Part shown: piece by piece, positions 1 to 14,036 of the stretch
How positions within the stretch are numbered: position 1 is the first letter of the stretch
How the letters are laid out: each line of letters opens with the position of its first letter
Assembly: GCF_008831285.2 (NCBI RefSeq)
Contig: NC_045138.2
Location: 32,984,001 to 33,048,000, forward strand
Origin: Nymphaea colorata
Taxonomy: Eukaryota
Reading direction: 5' to 3'
Length of the DNA: 64,000 bases
Notes under the pieces: generated by a model
What the model was told of the DNA's origin: nothing
Database searches by the model: none
Seen by the model: the letters and a program-made list of their open reading frames with translations, nothing else
Made by a program: the position numbers and the translations under genes

Positions 1-274
1 TCGATTTCAAGGGCTTCTCCACAGTGGTTCCAGATTGAGGCTTAAGCGGCTTCTGCGGCCGCCAAGAATAGGCAACCGATGAGAAAGCGTCCGGGCTCCG
101 GTTTTCCTTGCCGGAGTCCGATTCCATCGAATCGAAGAAGCTCGGCCGAGGTGACCCCCACGAGACGTTTACGGTGGCCATCTCTTCTTTGTCCTCTTCT
201 TCATCATCAGAAAAGGCGGCGTTGTCGAAAACATGAATGTTTGGGGTATCCGTGGCTTCGGTGAACGCCAACAT
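1..274 (-). CDS. 5' part of an uncharacterised plant protein with a KEN box (runs off the window)
   Basis: ATG at 274-272 opens a frame to the window edge, absent from the ORF track because it has no stop: MLAFTEATDTPNIHVFDNAAFSDDEEEDKEEMATVNVSWGSPRPSFFDSMESDSGKENRSP... It resembles, from memory, a conserved plant N-terminus (..IWNNAAFD..SW....SKENxSP). Confidence 0.75.
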   Translation of the reverse strand, partial: MLAFTEATDTPNIHVFDNAAFSDDEEEDKEEMATVNVSWGSPRPSFFDSMESDSGKENRSPDAFSSVAYSWRPQKPLKPQSGTTVEKPLKS

Positions 275-496
275 TCTGATCGCCTCTTTCTGTAAAAAGA
301 GAAACCCAAGTTTCCGATCACGAAGAAGGAGAAGAACGACAACAAGAAGAAGGTGGTCGGGTCGGATGAAACTTTTCTACACAAATGGAGTTCTTGAAAA
401 AAACATAGAAAGAAAATAGCGCCTTGGGAGCCAATTTTCTTTCTCTCTTTGCAATGAAGTGAGTGTGTCTCGGGGAGGGAGGGTTTAAAGGTTTCT

Positions 497-525
497 TGAC
501 CGTTAGTGGAAATATAGCCGTTGGA
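497..525 (-). promoter_or_regulatory. Two MSA (M-phase-specific activator, MYB3R-binding) elements
   Basis: Minus strand reads TCCAACGGCTA (515-525, full YCYAACGGYYA match) and ACTAACGGTCA (497-507), about 220-250 bp upstream of the ATG at 274. Confidence 0.7.
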
Positions 526-3500
526 CTTCCACCACCGACATTGGAACGTTAGATTCTTGGGGTCAGATCAATCCCGGCTCTCCATTTTTCATCGATCTCT
601 CGATGCGTTTAGGCGACGGTTCTAGGTCTCAAATGCGTTACATATTTAATTTGTCCCGTTTAGAAGTTCTTGATGCTTCCACAGAAACTATGATAATGAT
701 TCTCTTTGACGCAGAGGAGGCAAGGCCTTTGGCCCCTATGTACTTTGAGCTCTCATGTCATGTACCCATACATAAGGTTTATGAGCTTGTGTCATCTTCA
801 GTAGCATTACAGTTCTACTACTCAAATATGGTTTTGTCTGCCTTATAAACAGCCATGCACATTCACATGGACACTCACATAAAACACTCACACACACATA
901 TCAAAGAACTAGAAGCACTTGCACACTAACATGTAACTATATGCATAAATGTCAACAAGATAGAAAAGCATCCATCAAAGCATAAAATTCTTTTATGCTT
1001 TAAGAAGTGTAGGACAAAAGGGTAATCTTATTTTATAATAGATGCTCTGCCATTGCCTTTGAACAGGAAACTCGCTTACGTCAGCCATGGTTAGTGGCAA
1101 AAATGGACTGTGTCTGGACTAGATCCCAGTATATCAAATCTCAAATATGAAAATCAGAATTCAAATCTAAATGGATCCAATAAAACGGAGTCAAATATAA
1201 ATCAGAGAGCTCTGCAATATAATACATACATGGGAATTTTCTTAATGTTTAACAGATTCAACAAGAAAAGCTTTTGTCCACATTGGCGTTGAGCTAATAA
1301 TCGGATTTGAATTGTCTTGCCGAATCCAATCATTAGAAAGTCATATTCGAACCAAACATCCGATTCATCTGAACCTTTTTTTCATATCCTCATTCCTAGA
1401 CTCCGGAAGATGTACGCCAAAAAGTATGATTTCATCTGCAAGAATCAAGATTTGTAAATGCTGTCTGCCCTTTTCCAAACTTGGTCGATATTTGTTATTC
1501 TGATCGAAGTTGACCTTCGAATCAATCATCACTTCAGCAGTCTCCCACTAATTATTCCTCTCGTTTGGAAGTAAAAGAGTATTCTATCATTTGATTCCAT
1601 ATTAGAAAATTACAACAACTTCTTGCCCACGTGCGAGTACTTAATAGCAACCAATTGAAACAGTATATCAAGTAATTAAACTTATGATCGACCACATCAT
1701 GAAGAAGAATACAATCGAAGCAAAGTATTTTCGAATAAGTTACGTCATATTCTTCTGCAGTCCTTAAATATCACTTCCACGCTGATGTTCTTCCTTTTTT
1801 CTTCTAATTTTTTGACAACCTGGAGAGTTGGTCAGGCCACAAGTCAACCATATATATATATACATACAAGTATGTTGGACTGCTTGATTTATAATTTAGT
1901 TACAATATTATACATTTTTTTATAGTATAAAAAAAAACAATAGGTCAGATTTCAGTAAAAAAATTTTCAAGGGGATTGGTGCAATAATAAGCAACCAGTT
2001 TTTGTTTTGAATTGTTAGAACGTCAACTTCCTATACTGCAAAAAAAGGGGGGAGGTGGTATCGAATTTGCAAGTTAAAACATAGCGAATGTATCACCACC
2101 GAAAGCAGATATATTATGTTAAGGGAATATGAGGAAAGGTGAGGGCTTTGTTAAGTAGCCAACAAATACTGCACCAAAAAAATAGTCATTCAACTTTGTT
2201 CGTTGCATCATTAGTCCAGCCAAATGGACGTTGTTATGGTTTCAACCCAACGCGAACGGCATCTCACTACAATTTTTCAAAGGCCTAAATGTGTGTGGGT
2301 TGAAAAAAATGGACCTTCAATTCAAGGTCTGCATCTCCTGATGTAACTAGTTAAGTGGAGTTGTCAAAGTAAGTTCCCATTACGGAGACAAAACACAAAA
2401 GTAAAACCCAAAAATTGAGAAAACAGAATGTTCATACAAATTCGGAACATTCTCATTGGTGAAATAAGAAGACGACAACTGCCACTAGTCAAAGAATGCA
2501 TTGGTCCAAATTAAGCATGACAGATAATCGCCTTATTTAAAGGCACATTACAAAAATATAAGCGCATATGACATGAGGGTCTTAGCCTTGTATGCGATTG
2601 CAAAGAAGTGGTGGAGCAAGACAAGCCAGTTGGTCGTCTTCTCTATTTGAACAAGATGCTTTGCTCGGATCCAGTACGAAAGTAGGTGTGGGTCCCGAAC
2701 TAAACCGCGTGAATTGGTTTGCCTTTTTCCCTTTGCTTCACAAGAGGTCAAGCCAGCCGCCTGCGAGTATATCGGATTTGGACCGACTTTTTGCCTTGGG
2801 GTGTACCGAATTCAATTTGTACTGCTCTACTTCCAACAACATTTGGATTTGGACCTGCAAAGGTTTGGATATAGGGTTTGTACCGACCTATACCTGACCC
2901 GACCCGAAAGAACTGAGAAATTAAACCCGTGAAGTTGGGAGGTCAGATTCAGGTCCCATTAAATTAAAGATCTGACAGTAGCTACTAGTCTGTCCTGTCC
3001 TGATTCATCACCGTTATCATCATCAGGTAATACCGCCTTGCACGTAAGTTATGATTCATCGTCCGTATCTTACCCCGTCGGCATCATTTAAAGACCTGTT
3101 TGACTGGGAAATGAGATAGAGACACCTTGTCCCGTGATGCCATCGCTTTAGTGTTTGCCGCCACATAGTCCACCATCTCATCCTCCCTAGTTCCATCCCA
3201 AACCAAGCAACCATAGTGGGGGGCCCTTCCGGTGCCAGCCGCTAACTCCCTTGCGTAGGGCTATCAAATTTGACCGTCAGCATTATTTCTTAAAGAAATT
3301 ATGAACACGACGCTTATGGTTCACATTGACATATATATAAATAGTCATGACGGGTCAAAATAATGAGCAAATTTTTAAATACGAATAAGTTTGAAAATGT
3401 GGAACAGAGTGTACCCAGCAGGGATGGACGAGTCCAAGAGGAACACGTATATTCTGTGTGAACCTTTATCTTATCTGGGGAAAGAGCCGTTCACTGCCCT

Positions 3501-3721
3501 TGATGTCAAACCCTTTTATTTAGGTCACTATACTGAAAACCTCTGTTTGCTTAAACATTGCACTCATATTTAAAAGTCAAGGCTATGAAACACAGCAGAC
3601 TATTTGCAATGTTGTAGAGAAAACATTGTAAGTATTGCAAGTTCAAAACAATGAGAGGAAAAAGAGAGAAACAGAGCATGTTGGCAGAAAGTCAACCCAC
3701 GTAGCAAGGCAAGGCAAAACT

Positions 3722-4057
3722 AAGTTCTCCATAGTCGAGCCACCTTGAGTTCGACTCAAACTCACTCAACTAAGCTCCAACTCAAACGTTTCGAGCTCGT
3801 CGAGTTCGAGTTACATAAACTCGACTTTATTAAACTCAAGTAAGCTCAATATAAGTTTTTTTTTTTTTTTTTTTTTGGTAATGTTCAAGGTCTTAGGAAA
3901 TGAATCAAGTCAAAATGAGAAGTTGATAAATTAGTTTAAATGAGTCGAGCTCGAGCAGAGAGTCTCTGAGTTGAGCTTGAGGTAACCTTCTACAGCTCGA
4001 CTCAAGCTCAAACCAAACACTATGACGAAGCTTGAGCTCAACTCAGCTCGCAGCTTT
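3722..4057. mobile_element. Degenerate MITE-like element rich in TCGAGC/GAGCTC motifs
   Basis: Clusters of CTCGAG/GAGCTC/AACTC sub-repeats on both sides of an AT-rich poly-T core. Exact termini not resolved. Confidence 0.45.
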
Positions 4058-4494
4058 ATTCTAGTGGACAGCTAAAAATTGATGTTTTAAAAAAGAAAAA
4101 AAAAGGGTTGACTAGTCAACTATTCAGAGAAAAAGGGGACTCGTGGGACCCACTATTTTGTAGTCCAGTCAAGTCAAGCAGCCTCTAAATCGTCAATGTT
4201 GTGACGTGTACGCTTATTCCGTCGCCACGTAAGACAGACCGCGTTTTCCTCGCGCAAACAGATTACGCCACCGTTTCCGTTTGAGCCTCATAACTAAAGC
4301 GCTTTGGCACTTTCTTTTGGAGCGGATTAAAATCGATTTAGCGAAAGGTCATGTTTAATTGAAGTCCTTCTGAATCTAAAACGTTATTATCGGTTCCAAA
4401 ATATGCATACTGTTAATTGTCTCTGGTTGCATGTGAAGGGATTATCAATCAGTCAAGCACATGGATTTCAAGACTGGCTAAATTATTATAACCT

Positions 4495-4685
4495 GGACCC
4501 GAAGTGGATCTGGATCGATATATGGACCACAAATGCGTGTCTTCAGAAGAAACAGCGGATCGCCATACGTTACCGGGCCCCATTTTCAATGACAAGCGAC
4601 ATGGGGGGTGCTTGATGGTGATACTCTGTCCAGAGGATCTGAGACACACGCTTGGGGTCCATCGGTTGAAGTTACTTGGATCCTT
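4495..4685. repeat. Imperfect inverted repeat, probably a MITE
   Basis: ATGGACCACAAATGCGTGTCTTCAGA (about 4521-4546) pairs with TCTGAGACACACGCTTGGGGTCCAT (about 4638-4662), with further partial pairing outward. Confidence 0.45.
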
Positions 4686-6298
4686 CCCTTTTGAGGGATC
4701 CGCATCAGCTGTTGTTGATATTATAGAATGGTGATGGCCGGTGCATGAAAAAAAAAAAAAAATTTCTTCATTTGTTTTTAGCTTAAGTTTATTATTATGG
4801 CTAATGTTGGTTCCGTGTTTGATTGACAATAGGATATGAAAAAGCGACCACGGTTTCGTACCTTTCATATTTGAATCGTAGCCCAATCCATGTCAAATTA
4901 AGCAATTACATCGGATCGTAGTAGTTTGATTAATGGACATCCTTATCTCCAAAATACGTGACAGCTTATACCGAGCTGGAGAACAACTACTTGCAGCCCT
5001 AGAAATGTGCAATATTGCCAGGTCAAACACGTGCAACGTCCGTTCTCCTCACCAACTCAACTCAGTGAGAACCAATCTGTCATTCACACACACATATGGA
5101 AACCGAACCAAACTTGCGATCGGGATTAGTCCCCATAATGATGGATAAGGCATATTGCATGGTGGGAAAAGTTCCCACGTTCACATTATTGGCGGGGATA
5201 AGACCGGATAATCTTATCCGCTGGAGATTCTCCCAGATTTTCGTTTCTAAGTTTGCTCGCGAGAATCAGGAAATTTTAGGAAGTTTCTTCGCCAGTTTAT
5301 GAAGGGTGGATATGTTAATTAGGGACATTTATGAGCAGCTTCTTCACTCCGACTGGTGAACTGTCACTCTTCAATTACAGATGAACAACGGGGGTCAATG
5401 GATGTTGAAACATCCTTGGTCTGATGCAGAACCACAATTTTGCCACCGTTAGGTTTCTCTTTGTTTTCTTTTTTTGTGCTTAAAGGTTGACATAGCGCTG
5501 CCACCAAGAATTGAAGGTTGTTTCAAGGTCTCAAACACCAGTTTCACTCTAATTCAAACACAAAATCGGATGACATAGCGCTGCTCCTTTAGCCTTAACA
5601 CCTTGTTACAACCGTGATCCTCTTCAAAGGCTTGTTTGTTGGACCACTGAATAAAAAAGGCCTTTTAGGTGAGTGGTAGACATGGGGGAGAGATCCCGAG
5701 AACGCGGATGTTCCTCCCCATTAACCCCTGCCTCCAAGGTCCAATCTAGATGGGAAGTGAGATAATCTTCAAGTACTAGAGCGACCTGCTATGATATTAG
5801 TTATACATTTTCTCACCTACCACATGCTGCGCTAATTGTTTCACACCGTCCTAATTGAATATAAGGTGCGAAAAGGTATGTACCCTACAAAAAGTATCTC
5901 TTGTTCATACAGAAAAAAAAAAAAAAGACAACTTTTCGGTAAGTTAAAATTGAAAATAAAGAAAATAAAATGAGTACAAAAGATCTATCTTGTTTAAATT
6001 ACAAAAGCATCTCCCTTCTTAAACCGATTCAAAATGTGGGGTCGGATCATCTAAAAAGGGAGCTGACGGTGGCGGCAAAAATGGAAAACCAGCCGAACTA
6101 TTATTAATGGCAAGCTCGTAAATTCTCCAGTAAACGGGCCCACTTTGCAGAGTCGGGCGAGACTCCCCGACGGACGGATTCTGCGCCGACGGCGTTCACA
6201 CCGTCCGTTGACTCCTCCATGGAGTCTTCAATTTTGCTGATCTGGATTTGAGATAATTATCCAAACTGCAAGTTAACAATCCCTGCCCGCATCTGCTC

Positions 6299-6305
6299 TA
6301 TAAAT
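6299..6305 (+). promoter_or_regulatory. TATA box of STP gene
   Basis: CTCTATAAATAG about 110 bp upstream of the ATG, followed by a CT-rich leader. Confidence 0.65.
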
Positions 6306-6412
6306 AGATGCTTCTGCTTCCGTTCCACTTCCGTCTTTCCTACCTCCTTCTTCTTCTGCTTCCTTTTCTCTGATTTCGGCTCTCCGACAAGTGTTTTACA
6401 GGAGAACGGGAG

Positions 6413-9400
6413 ATGGCTGGTGGAGGGTTCGCCCACACCGGCGTGGTCAAGGACTACGCCGGGAAGGTCACTCTGTTCGTCGTTTTCACGTGTATCGTGG
6501 CCGCCACCGGTGGTCTCATCTTCGGATATGATATCGGGATATCAGGTCCGCCAAATTCATAAGTTTGTTGATTATCTTCTCCAGCTTTCTGACTGTTCAT
6601 GTTCTCTGCTATTATTCTGGAATTTTGGTGTCTGAAGCCAGCACTTCGTGATTCGTGTAGAGACCTCAGACGATCGAGTGTTCTTCTAACTTCTCTTGTC
6701 AGAGAATTTGCTAGTGTTTGTCCGTTTCATATTTCCATGAGCAATTCGGATGAAATTTTCTTGCTCTGTTCATAGTTTGAGGTGGAGGAATAAACATTCA
6801 GAGAATAGCGGCTTCCGAAAATTAAATTATTTATTTTTTTTAATCTTTAAGAACGAGTCAGCTTACATCTCTCAAAAGTTCCCCATTTTTTGTCATCTAT
6901 TTACCTTAATTTTAATTCTGCAGATCAGTTTCTCTAACAGTTTTTCTCATCCGGATTGTAGGTGGAGTGACGTCTATGGATCCATTCCTGAAACGGTTCT
7001 TCCCTTCCGTATACAAGAAAATGCAAGAAAACAAGAACACGAACCAATACTGCAAGTTCGACAGCCAGCTTCTTACAACATTCACTTCATCTCTTTACGT
7101 TGCCGGTTTGATCGCCTCCTTCTTCGCCTCGACGGTCACTCGTGTTTTCGGGCGAAAGCCGTCAATGCTTTTCGGCGGCATGACTTTTCTGGTCGGTGCG
7201 GCCGTCAATGGTGCCGCTAAGGACGTTGCCATGCTCATTATCGGTCGTATCCTTCTGGGTATAGGCGTTGGATTCGCAAATCAGGTGAGAAGGCAACAAA
7301 ATTTTCTTCCCCTTCGTGCTAGTGTCATCCCTCTTTTCCCTCATTCTGGCGCAGCTTTTCGTTTCTTCCTTTGGACAGTCAGATTAAAAGCCAATAATGT
7401 GTTTTCACTGACCGACAAATTCAGAAAAAGTGGTTTCTATTTTTGTTGCTTCGTCTCTGGTGTTCGCTGACTCTTCAAAACACAATTCTTCTGAAACTTT
7501 AAATTCCGGCTAAGAGATTATTTGTGAATCTGCTGCTTGTTCCACTTTTTGTTTTTCGTCGGACTCGAAAATGCCTTCCACTTTTAGGGGCTTCGTCCAA
7601 TCTTCCTTAGTGGGTCCTGTTGTGCCCACCTTTGGCCATTGTTGTTTGAATAATTTTCTCTTTCATTTGTTTGATACGGCAAAGACTTTGAAACGGGCGC
7701 AATATTATGGACGACTTTATAGTTTGTACGATTTCCTCAGCTTGTAATTTTCTGGCTCCATAGACATTATTTTCCTCGTGGCTGAATATTTTACCATAGC
7801 AAGAATCATCGCATTCTGTTACCGTCGTAATATTTTAAGCTATCCTTGCAGCGATGTTTGATATTTTTGGTTAGGTAAGTAATGCAATGAACAAGTCAAC
7901 GACTTGTAATTTTTTCTTTTCGAAAGTATCGCTTACCTTTAAAGATAGTCTTCTTCATTTTTAAAGTATTTACTCTTAACCGTCCTTGTCCACCAGTTGA
8001 TGAACCTATCTTTTTTTTTTTCCTCGTTAAAAACATTGTGTTCAGACCAATTTTTCTCCTCAAAGGACAATATATTCTCCTAACCTAACAGCCTTTTAAA
8101 TTCTTAACATTGAAGCACACAGTTCATGAATCTTCCATCTGCTATAATAAGAATTATGCGCTCTGGTCTCTTTATGCAAAATAAGTTTATCTTACTTGGA
8201 AATGGCACCTTTATATAAAGAAAGAGAGAGATGGTCAAGATTTTTATGATTATTTATCTACCAGCTCTCCTCCCTTCGATATGATTGCTGATGAAGTTAC
8301 CTACTCTTGCCTTTGACTCTGCAGTCGGTACCAGTCTACCTCTCGGAAATGGCTCCCCCAAAGATCCGAGGGGCACTCAACATCGGCTTCCAACTCTTTA
8401 TCACAATCGGCATCCTTGTAGCCAACCTCGTCAACTATGGCACCAACAAGATCAAAGCGGGTTGGGGTTGGCGTCTCAGCCTGGCCTTGGCAGCGGTGCC
8501 CGCCATCATCATGACCGTTGGTTCCGTCTTCCTCCCGGACACCCCCAACTCTCTCATTGAAAGGGGCCACCACGAAAAGGCCAGACGGATGCTTCAACGC
8601 ATTCGCGGCACCACTAATGTGGAGGAGGAGTACCAGGACCTCGTTCTCGCTAGCGAGGCCTCCAAACAAGTCAAACACCCCTGGGCTAACATCTTGAAGC
8701 GGAAGTACCGGCCGCAATTGGTCATGGCCCTCGCCATCCCCTTCTTCCAGCAGCTCACAGGCATTAACGTGATCATGTTCTATGCTCCTGTGCTGTTCAA
8801 GACCATTGGCTTTGGCAGCAATGCCTCGCTCGTGTCCGCTGTCATCACTGGGGGCGTGAACGTCGTGGCTACATTGGTGTCCATTTACTCGGTGGACAAG
8901 TATGGAAGACGATTCCTTTTCCTCGAGGGTGGAATCCAGATGTTCATCTGTCAGGTACGTCTTTGGGGACTTCTAATAGTGTGCTATGATGCTTCGTTTG
9001 CTGGTACTGACTCCGTGTGGTCAATTGACGAGATCGAAGAACAGATAGAGCATGTTACGTGTTTTAGACTTGTCTTTGGGGCTTTTATTACTGTGTCATG
9101 ACTTGTAGGTTAGCTTTCAAGGAGCAGGGTTTTATGGCTGCTAGTAAATGGCTTTGTAATGCCTAAGAACATGCAAATACGGATGTCGAATTCGGTTAGA
9201 AATTAAAATGTGACAAATTTGATTTCCATCGAGTATTAAACCCTGTTGTTGCTTACAATCCCATCTCTTCAGCTTCCATGTTCTCCTTCATGCACCCTTT
9301 ATCTCATAACACTATTAACACAATCTCTAAGAAAGCAGAGGACCCGATAGCCTTCTAGAATTACTTGCTGATAACATATCCACTGTCTGACATCATAAAT

Positions 9401-9964
9401 GACAAATCTCGTAAACGACATTCTCATTTTCATCAATTTTCTCTTCTTTCTTTTTCCCATTTTAAAGTGGACTCAGGGTTCTGTGTTCTAATTTTTTTCT
9501 TACAGGTGATCATTGGGATCATCCTTGGTGACAAGTTCGGGCTTTCAGGCAAAGGCACCCTGTCCAAGAGCGAGGCCGACCTTGTGGTTTTCTTCATTTG
9601 CTTGTACGTCTCTGCCTTTGCCTGGTCCTGGGGTCCCTTGGGATGGCTGGTGCCCAGTGAGATCTTCCCCTTGGAAATCCGTTCAGCAGGTCAGAGTATC
9701 AACGTCTCGGTCAACCTCCTCTTCACCTTCGCCATTGCCCAAGCTTTCCTTGCTATGCTCTGCCACTTCAAGTTCGGTCTCTTCTTCTTCTTTGCTGGTT
9801 GGGTCCTTATCATGACGACCTTCATCTTCTTCCTGCTGCCTGAAACCAAGAACATCCCAATTGAAGAAATGACCCTTGTGTGGAGGAAACACTGGTTCTG
9901 GAAAAGGATCCTCCCTGCTGACGAAGGAGAGGTAGAAATGGAGAAGCCAAAGACAGTAACATAA
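6413..9964 (+). CDS. STP: Sugar transport protein (STP/MST hexose-H+ symporter, MFS), 514 aa, 4 exons
   Basis: Exons 6413-6545, 6962-7284, 8325-8954 and 9506-9964, all GT-AG, total 1545 nt in frame. Motifs [85 protein letters not shown]. Confidence 0.97.
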
Positions 9965-12478
9965 GACGCTTTAATTGTAAAAGGCGAAATATTGTTAGTA
10001 AAAGCATTTTCCTTTTTTTCTTTCTAAGCTGTTTACTATCTTATTGTTACCGAAAAGACTGTTTACAGTCTTTCACTATTCATGTCTTTGATGTGCAAAT
10101 TACAGTGATTGAAGTTCTGATACTTTTGAACATTTTACTGTTTCAGTTCCTCTGTGTATATAATGGAAATAGCAGTTTCCAATCTGGTATAACTGGAGCA
10201 CGTTATGTTATCTCGATTTATTTCCTGCAATCTTTAGTTTGGTAACAATGTTGGTGGTTTAATTGGCATGTTGGTTTGCTCTTTCGATCTTCCTTTAGAT
10301 AGAAATTCGAAAGACTCTCGAAAAGTTGGTATGGAAGCGCGATTATATAATCCCAAAAGAGAAAACAAAGAGATCTATCACATTAGTTTTGCAAGACGGA
10401 CCTATATTATGTGGCCATTAACTGTTGGCAACAGCCTGGCACATATCGTGGCTGAACTGTGCTAATCTATTCTTTCGATGGAAGTTGATGGGAAAAGTCC
10501 GGAGCTACGTTCCGTTCAAAGGATGTGGCAATCCCAATCTCAGAAACTCCTCGCACAGTGGGCAAGTAGCTCCCACCCTCAAACCTTTAATGGCTAAAGC
10601 AGCAAATATTGTGGCGGACTGTTTGCTCTTTCCAAGAGAATGCATCAGCCCAACTGATCTTGAACACGTTCTTATAATTAACAGGAAGAAATACCTTCTA
10701 GGACAATAGAAGAACAAAAAAAGGTTGTGTTCTAGGGTCACCAACAGCCAAGTGAGTGTTCAGGTGATTAAAAGAAGATGACGACTGAGTTGATCCTACT
10801 CTGCCCATGAAGCAAGGAATCCCTCCTTATTGATCAAGGAGTTGGATCAAATTGAAACAACACAACCCTTTTCTGTTCAAGCAATGGTGATCGCAAAATT
10901 GTAACTAGGCATGGTAAGTAAACATGTACACCATACACCTGGCCGACGTGCTCAAAAATCAATGTCACCAGTCTGTCCAAAAAAGAGGCGCTAAAATAAA
11001 GTATGTGGATCTCATGCAACAATAAAAATAAGGATGAGAAAGTTCATCTTCTTTTCCACATCATTCTTTGGATAAGGCAAACTCTAGAAGAAGGCGATAA
11101 CCTCAGCTTGTAGCGGTGGAGGACGCGAACTTCCCGTGCAGGAGGTTGAGGATTATCTAAATTCACAAACTTTTCCCGTCCAGAATTCACCATCACGGGT
11201 CTCATGAGGCTGTTTTGCTCAATCTTTGGCCTACAGCAAGCCAAAAGTGGCCGGCAAAAAGAAAGCCGAAAGGTCGTCATCTCTTCAAAAAATTAGAGGC
11301 TGGAGTTCATATATGCGTTCATCTCTAAAGATCCTGAAGAAAGTGATGATGTAACGCATATTGCGCAATCGACCAAAAGGTTGGAGGAACAACCATCTTG
11401 TCACGCTTTTACCATGAAAACGTAAAAGATACATAAGTAGGCAACAACCATTAAACCCTTCGTCGTGCTCACGTTTTGTTGTTTCTCTGTTTTTCACCGT
11501 CAAGCCAAATCAGTACTCTTTCATTTGAGAAATTTTAGTTCCATTTTCCTGATTACCTTATACTAAAAAATGATGGTTTTCTTCGTTAGGGTCACGCTTT
11601 TTGTGGAGGCTGTCAAATAAAGGTTTCAAGTTTTCCTCGGTTAACTTGAAAGCAGAAAACATGAATCAACTGTAATCATTTTACAATATTATTTTGTGTT
11701 TTAGCAATCTTTCTGTTTTTCAAGTAAACGAGAAACCCATTTTAGGCTCTTTTTTAATCATTTTCCTAAACATTACGGCCTTTATAAAGAAAATTGCAGA
11801 AAAGCAGTCCTTTTTGAAACTATATATATGAAAAAGGGAATTCCATTATTTCTTATCCCTTTACTTTTTCCAACTTTTAGTTTTTGAACTGCACGCATCC
11901 CGTTTTGCGTGCCTTTTGCCGTAAAAGACTTCAATCAGATCTCCTAGCTAGAACAGCTACTACCTTGTCCTTGTGGACGATGAATTTCCGTTTAAAAGTC
12001 AGCAAATGCATGCACACCCATTTATTCTCTATACGATAGCACCTAGTGAAATTCAACTGTTTTGGTTCACGCCCTATCAATTACCCTCAGACTGCTCACC
12101 TGTGAATGGTCATCATAGATCTGCTCCGATAAGTTTTCTCCTGAAGAACACTTTGATTATCTCATGAAACAATTTGGAAATGAAATACTGATCTTCTTGA
12201 AGCCACTTGACCCAGATGTGTTCCTCCCAAACCTCTCTTCTGCTTCGAGCTAGCGACTCTTTTAGCATAAATGGAGAGAACCTCTCTCGAATAATTGCCT
12301 CTCAGCTCAATTGAACTTGGTCTAATTTCCTTGGGATCTTATGACTTTTTTTGGAAATAATGTCGCTGTATGCATTTTCACTAGAGCCATTGGACAACTC
12401 ACAAACTCCCTCAAGCTTCCCAATCAGCCGAACCCTCTAACATCCATGAATTCTACCATTCCATTCTCTCATAATCCA

Positions 12479-12655
12479 TGTTTTTACATTCGGAATTGTA
12501 AATTCCATTATCTCATAATCAATGTGTCTTACCTTTTTATTCCTATGGATGTATATGTGTGCAATTCTTGCCATCAGTGAGAATACAATTGTCTTCCTTT
12601 CCACTTTGTTTTATGTTCCATTGTTCGTTCGCCAGAAATTAACATGGTATCAGAG
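12479..12655 (+). mobile_element. LTR retrotransposon remnant (LTR end plus PBS)
   Basis: ...AATTAACA followed directly by TGGTATCAGAG (tRNA-iMet PBS, 12645-12655). No coding region follows; left boundary approximate. Confidence 0.5.
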
Positions 12656-12794
12656 TCTCTGTAATCAGAAGAAAGATGAAAAAAGGGCTAGGAATCATGA
12701 AACAGACAAAAAACCTAACTTTGCCGACAGATTCAGCAGCCAAAAACACTTCATGTTTGTGGATGGCTCATATGTCAACTTTCTTAACTATTGA

Positions 12795-13395
12795 TTCATG
12801 TGGGTGCACGAAAGCTACTGCAAGTCCTCAATTTCATGAATAATTCGTTCAAATGTTGATGGGATAAGTCATATCATCTACAAATGGTAAGTGAATGACA
12901 AGTGAAGATGGATCACCATTATCGATTTGGAATGGGAAAATGGATGTTGTGAACGAGATTACCAACGACTTGATCAAGGAGTTGGTAGCTTGTTGGACTA
13001 AAGATATGGCAAACGCTAGGTCCTATGTTTCCCACTCATCCTTTAAAGAAAATAATGGTAAGATTGAGTGTCTATCGAACTCGACTAATGAAGAAATACT
13101 TTTGTTTTATCCAATGAGTTAACTGCATGCCCCATACTTAATTTAAGGGGCATTCTCGTTTTTTTATTATCTTTGTTTCTATTTTAAATATTTACTTAGA
13201 AGAAATCACCTTGAGCATAAAACCCAAAAACGCATGCACAAAGCTGATTATATATTTAGGATCAACAGTTGGAGTGCCCTCAAATAAGGAAAGAAGATAC
13301 GCTTTTTACCGAACACATAAATAGCATGTTATCTCAATTCATATATATATATTACATGCCCTGCAAATTAAAACAAAAAGCAAAAGCAACCATTT
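12795..13395 (+). repeat. Segmental duplicate of 44145-44620 (BAHD downstream flank)
   Basis: TTCATGTGGGTGCACGAAAGCTAC...GCAACCATTTT aligns colinearly with 44146-44620. Confidence 0.9.
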
Positions 13396-13645
13396 TAACA
13401 GAAACGGTGGTACGAGATCTCAAGACGAAACGGAAGTTCTTCGGCTGAGTGAAGAATGAATACCGAATTGCAGTACCACTACCCTTCTTTTCAAGGGGAT
13501 CGGTCGCCGCCCTAATGGAGATGGAAAGTAAACAAGTCAAGCATCAAAGTACGGTCACATCCGGTAGCAGGCTCCCCACCACTCTCATCCCCCCCTTGGG
13601 CGTCTTCCAACTACTCAGGCAGCACTCCAAGGCACAGAAACTTAC
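13390..13645 (-). pseudogene. BAHD acyltransferase 3' fragment (C-terminal codons plus 3' UTR)
   Basis: Homologous to 24703-24985 and 40395-40690. Stop at 13544-13546; reads ..ALECCLSSWKTP.. with indels. Confidence 0.8.
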
Positions 13646-14023
13646 ACAAAAAAAGTTTCAGTAGGAGAAAAATACTAAAAACTAAAACAAATAAATGCAA
13701 ATAATAATCTGTGTAAATTTTTTTTTTTTTTTCTACCTAATCTCCATATGAGTGACAGGGAGGACAAACCGATGGGTGACGGCCAACAGGAAGGACGGAA
13801 GGAGGCAGCCTGTCTCGCTGCGACGGTGGGTCGAGTGTCAACGATGAGAATGAAAGTATGAAACGATTCACACGAACAACTTACAGTCTGACTTCTCGGA
13901 CCCTCGACGAAATGGAAAACCAGCAGAAATAAAAAATATACTAGCATGCTTTCATGTTCAGACGGTTTAGACAGCACAGGCACCAAAGAGGTCGAATAGA
14001 CTTACTTGGATTCGATGAACCGT

Positions 14024-14036
14024 GGCTCTGATACCA
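14024..14036 (-). mobile_element. tRNA-iMet PBS of another LTR element remnant
   Basis: Minus strand TGGTATCAGAGCC. Flanking LTR and internal sequence not delimited. Confidence 0.45.

Noticed and set aside
6750..9815. Alternative-frame and antisense ORFs over the STP gene
   Set aside because: Shadows of GC-rich STP exons; no independent motifs.
10620..11500. Coding-like stretch with several minus-strand ORFs
   Set aside because: Could be a decayed gene, but I could not recognise any family motif; needs BLASTX.
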